Below are positions 61,524 to 64,000 of a DNA stretch of 64,000 nt, piece after piece. Below the pieces are notes generated by a model, which saw only the letters and a list, made by a program, of their open reading frames with translations, was not told the DNA's origin and made no database searches. Within the stretch, counting starts at the first letter, position 1. Each line of letters opens with the position of its first letter. A program made the position numbers and the translations under genes. The DNA comes from Minisyncoccota bacterium (GTDB lineage Bacteria; Patescibacteriota; Minisyncoccia; Phycocordibacterales; UBA9973): contig DAONFW010000001.1 of the NCBI GenBank assembly GCA_035403785.1, positions 21,595 through 85,594 of the forward strand, given 5' to 3'.

Positions 61524-62162
61524 TTATTTTTTAACTTCTCTTTTAACAAAAGGTCTTTCTGATTTAACGAACGGCTTTTCTGTTGTCTGACTTTCTACTG
61601 GTCTAACATACTTTGTTGAAACTTGTGAAAGTGCTGCCATAACTGCTTTTGAGTTATTTAGCTTATTCTTAGTTCCAGACAAAATTTTTCCTGTTACATC
61701 TTTGATACCTGCTAGTTTAATGATATCACGAAGTACTGAACCAGCAACCAATCCTCTTCCTTTGTTTGGAATAATTACTACTTTTGAACTTGAGAATTTT
61801 GCTGAAACTTCATGAGGCAGTGAAGAACTTTTAGTCAAATTAACTTTGATCATATTCTTCTTAGCATTTCTCAAAGCTTTATTGATAGCCAAAGAAGTAT
61901 CTCCGGCCTTCCCAAGTCCTAAACCAACAGCACCTTTTTTGTCCCCTGCTGCCAATGTAACACTGAAAGAAAATCTTCTTCCTCCAGCTACAACACGAGT
62001 AACTCTTCTAATATCAACAATCTTTTGGTCAAATTCTGGTTTTGGTCGGTCAAAAGAAGAAGGTCTTCTTCCTGTATTTCTTCTTGGGCCAAAACCTGAG
62101 TTTGCACTTGTACTTGCATTTGCGCTTGTATTTGAATTTGTATTTGTTTTTCCTTTTTCCAT
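61524..62162 (-). CDS. rpsE: 30S ribosomal protein S5
   Basis: RVTRVVAGGRRFSF. Confidence 0.97.
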   Translation of the reverse strand: MEKGKTNTNSNTSANASTSANSGFGPRRNTGRRPSSFDRPKPEFDQKIVDIRRVTRVVAGGRRFSFSVTLAAGDKKGAVGLGLGKAGDTSLAINKALRNAKKNMIKVNLTKSSSLPHEVSAKFSSSKVVIIPNKGRGLVAGSVLRDIIKLAGIKDVTGKILSGTKNKLNNSKAVMAALSQVSTKYVRPVESQTTEKPFVKSERPFVKREVKK

Positions 62163-62167
62163 ATTTT

Positions 62168-62509
62168 TTAAAACTTCAAACCAGAAGCTCTGGCTTCATC
62201 AGCTACTAATTTAATACGGCCTGTGTACTTAAAACCATTTCTATCAAAAACAACTTTTGATATTTTATTCTGAAGAGCTAGTTCAGCTACTTTCTTTCCA
62301 ACTTCTTTTGCTCTTTCTGTCTTTGTGCCTTTGGTCAATTTAATGTCACTAGCTTGAACAATAGTTTTTCTTGTATCATCATCAATTATTTGAGCATAGA
62401 TAAATTTATTAGATCTGAAAACTGAAAGTCTTGGACGATCAGAAGTTCCATGAATTCTTGATTTAATCTTTGCTTTTAATCTCATTCTTTTTTCGTTTTT
62501 CTTTTGCAT
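62168..62509 (-). CDS. rplR: 50S ribosomal protein L18
   Basis: RPRLSVFRSNK, FDRNGFKYTGR. Confidence 0.97.
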   Translation of the reverse strand: MQKKNEKRMRLKAKIKSRIHGTSDRPRLSVFRSNKFIYAQIIDDDTRKTIVQASDIKLTKGTKTERAKEVGKKVAELALQNKISKVVFDRNGFKYTGRIKLVADEARASGLKF

Positions 62510-62532
62510 ATGTTTAAAATTAAATTAAAAGC

Positions 62533-63066
62533 TTAGACGGTTTTCTTACCTTGCTTTCTTCTAATAATTTCACCTTCATATCTCATCCCCTTTCCTTTGT
62601 ATGGTTCTGGTTTCTTCAAAGCTCTAACAGCAGCGGTATAGCTTCCGACAAGTTCTTTGTCGATACCAGTAACTGTAATGATGTTTTTTTCAGCTGTCAC
62701 AGTAAGACCTTCTGGAATTTTCACGATAACTGGATGAGAAAAACCTAAAGCAAAATGAATTTCTTTCCCTTTTACTTCTGATTTAAATCCAACTCCTTCT
62801 AGAATTAATTTTTTCTGATAAGGAGTCTGCACACCCTGAATCATATTCTTTAAGTGTGAAGCGTAAGTACCCCAAAGAGATTTTGAGAACTTATCGTTTC
62901 TTTTAACATTCAAAGTTATCATATTGTCAGCGATTGTGATAACAACATCATCTTTGAAATCTTTTGAAAGAGATCCTTTTGGACCTTTCACAGTAAAAGT
63001 ATTGCCATTTTTTGTGACTTCAACTCCTGCTGGTATTTTAATTTCTTGTTTTCCTATTCTTGACAT
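62533..63066 (-). CDS. rplF: 50S ribosomal protein L6
   Basis: MSRIGK, PEPYKGKG. Confidence 0.97.
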   Translation of the reverse strand: MSRIGKQEIKIPAGVEVTKNGNTFTVKGPKGSLSKDFKDDVVITIADNMITLNVKRNDKFSKSLWGTYASHLKNMIQGVQTPYQKKLILEGVGFKSEVKGKEIHFALGFSHPVIVKIPEGLTVTAEKNIITVTGIDKELVGSYTAAVRALKKPEPYKGKGMRYEGEIIRRKQGKKTV

Positions 63067-63075
63067 AAAATTTTA

Positions 63076-63462
63076 TTACCACATTTTAAATAATACTTCT
63101 CCGCCGACCTGTTCTTTTCTGGCTTCTTTTCCAGACAAAATTCCTTTAGGTGTTGAAAGAACCAACACACCCAAACCATTTCTAATAGTATGAATATCTT
63201 TCATACCAAAATAAACTCTCTTTGACTGTTTTGAAATTCTTGTGACTTCTGTAATTTTTGGTTTTTTGTTAGTGTAAACTAATTCAACTTCCAAAACAGG
63301 TTTCCCTTTTTTAACTTTTTTTGAAAATTCAGAAACGAAGCCTTCTCTCTTTAGACAATCTAAGATAGCATTCTTCATTTTTGAATAAGGGAAAGAAACA
63401 TTAGCCTTATTTGCAAGACTAGCGTTCTTCATCATTATTATCATATTTGCTATTGGATCCAT
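63076..63462 (-). CDS. rpsH: 30S ribosomal protein S8
   Basis: DPIANM, LSTPKGI, GGEVL. Confidence 0.97.
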   Translation of the reverse strand: MDPIANMIIMMKNASLANKANVSFPYSKMKNAILDCLKREGFVSEFSKKVKKGKPVLEVELVYTNKKPKITEVTRISKQSKRVYFGMKDIHTIRNGLGVLVLSTPKGILSGKEARKEQVGGEVLFKMW

Positions 63463-63483
63463 AATTTTTTATTTATTCTGCTA

Positions 63484-63669
63484 TTACCAAGAAGATTTTC
63501 TTACTCCTGGTAACATACCTTCGTTTGCTAATTCTCTGAAACAAATTCGACATACTCCGAAATCTCGCATGAAGCCATTTCCTCGGCCACAGCGAAAACA
63601 TCGATTCTTTGCTCGAGTGCTAAATTTTGGTTTTTTTAAAGCTCTTGCTTTTACTGACGTTTTAGCCAT
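63484..63669 (-). CDS. rpsN: 30S ribosomal protein S14 (zinc-binding type)
   Basis: RCFRCGR...CRICFRELA...GVRKSSW. Confidence 0.96.
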   Translation of the reverse strand: MAKTSVKARALKKPKFSTRAKNRCFRCGRGNGFMRDFGVCRICFRELANEGMLPGVRKSSW

Positions 63670-63871
63670 TTTTACTTTTTGTTTATTATTTATTATTCTT
63701 ATAATTAATACTTAAAAATACTCAGGATTTGCTTTGCAATATCTCACTTTTTTTCTTATTTTCTCAAAATTCCCTGAAAAAATAAGGAGAAAAGCGGATT
63801 AAACAAAACAAGATTCCCTTAACTTTCATATTATCAGATTTTACGAATAAGTCAAACAAATAAAATAAACA

Positions 63872-63903
63872 AAAATCCCCTGCCGAGTAGCAGAGGATTT
63901 TTT
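63872..63903 (-). terminator. Terminator-like hairpin after rplE
   Basis: AAAATCC(C)CTGC..GCAGAGGATTTT stem with flanking A/T runs. Confidence 0.55.
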
Positions 63904-63916
63904 ATGAAAAAATTTT

Positions 63917-64000
63917 CTATTTTTTAAAAGGCACACCAACTAGTTCAAAAAATTCTATTCCTTCTTTTTTACTTTTTGCGGAAGATACTAGAGTGATAGC
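63917..64000 (-). CDS. rplE: 50S ribosomal protein L5, C-terminal fragment (truncated by the window edge)
   Basis: Reads AITLVSSAKSKKEGIEFFELVGVPFKK*; sits upstream of rpsN. Confidence 0.88.
   Translation of the reverse strand, partial: AITLVSSAKSKKEGIEFFELVGVPFKK

Overview
AT-rich chromosome segment from a Patescibacteria/CPR bacterium, probably Parcubacteria-like. This is inferred from the missing rpmD/L30 in the spc cluster, a tRNA-Ile(UAU), a type IV pilus locus with no secretin in this window, and a stand-alone VirD4-like ATPase. The backbone carries ligA, a T4P/ComF locus, efflux and ECF-sigma clusters, recG, ftsH, ssrA/smpB, infC-rpmI-rplT, nucleotide kinases, secY and the spc operon. 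The main finding is two related 4-7 kb integrative elements (about 1..6631 and 34271..38651). Each sits at the 3' end (CCGCCA) of a tRNA-Ser and has one large serine recombinase (LSR) gene plus a type II restriction-modification cargo. Each also carries, in its middle, an inverted copy of its own ~320-bp attP; this is seen in full for element 2, while element 1's left end runs off the window. One arm of the copy pairs with the element's left end and the other with the last 120-134 bp of the LSR gene. The perfect stems end in register-preserving four-way junctions capped by GAA/AAA/TTT triloops, and the LSR coding sequences contain many nested 9-14 bp stems. One strand could therefore fold into a dumbbell with a double-stranded attP stem, an integrase loop and a cargo loop, which suggests a folded-ssDNA integration intermediate (inference). 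The att site lies inside the integrase gene, so integration swaps a conserved LDEVR-x-(F/Y)F tail for a tail read from the antisense tRNA. Other oddities: a tRNA-Ser with an ACT anticodon, an orphan ~127-nt structured ncRNA candidate, and a poly-G promoter spacer on a surface-protein gene. All calls come from reading the sequence; no searches or folding programs were run.
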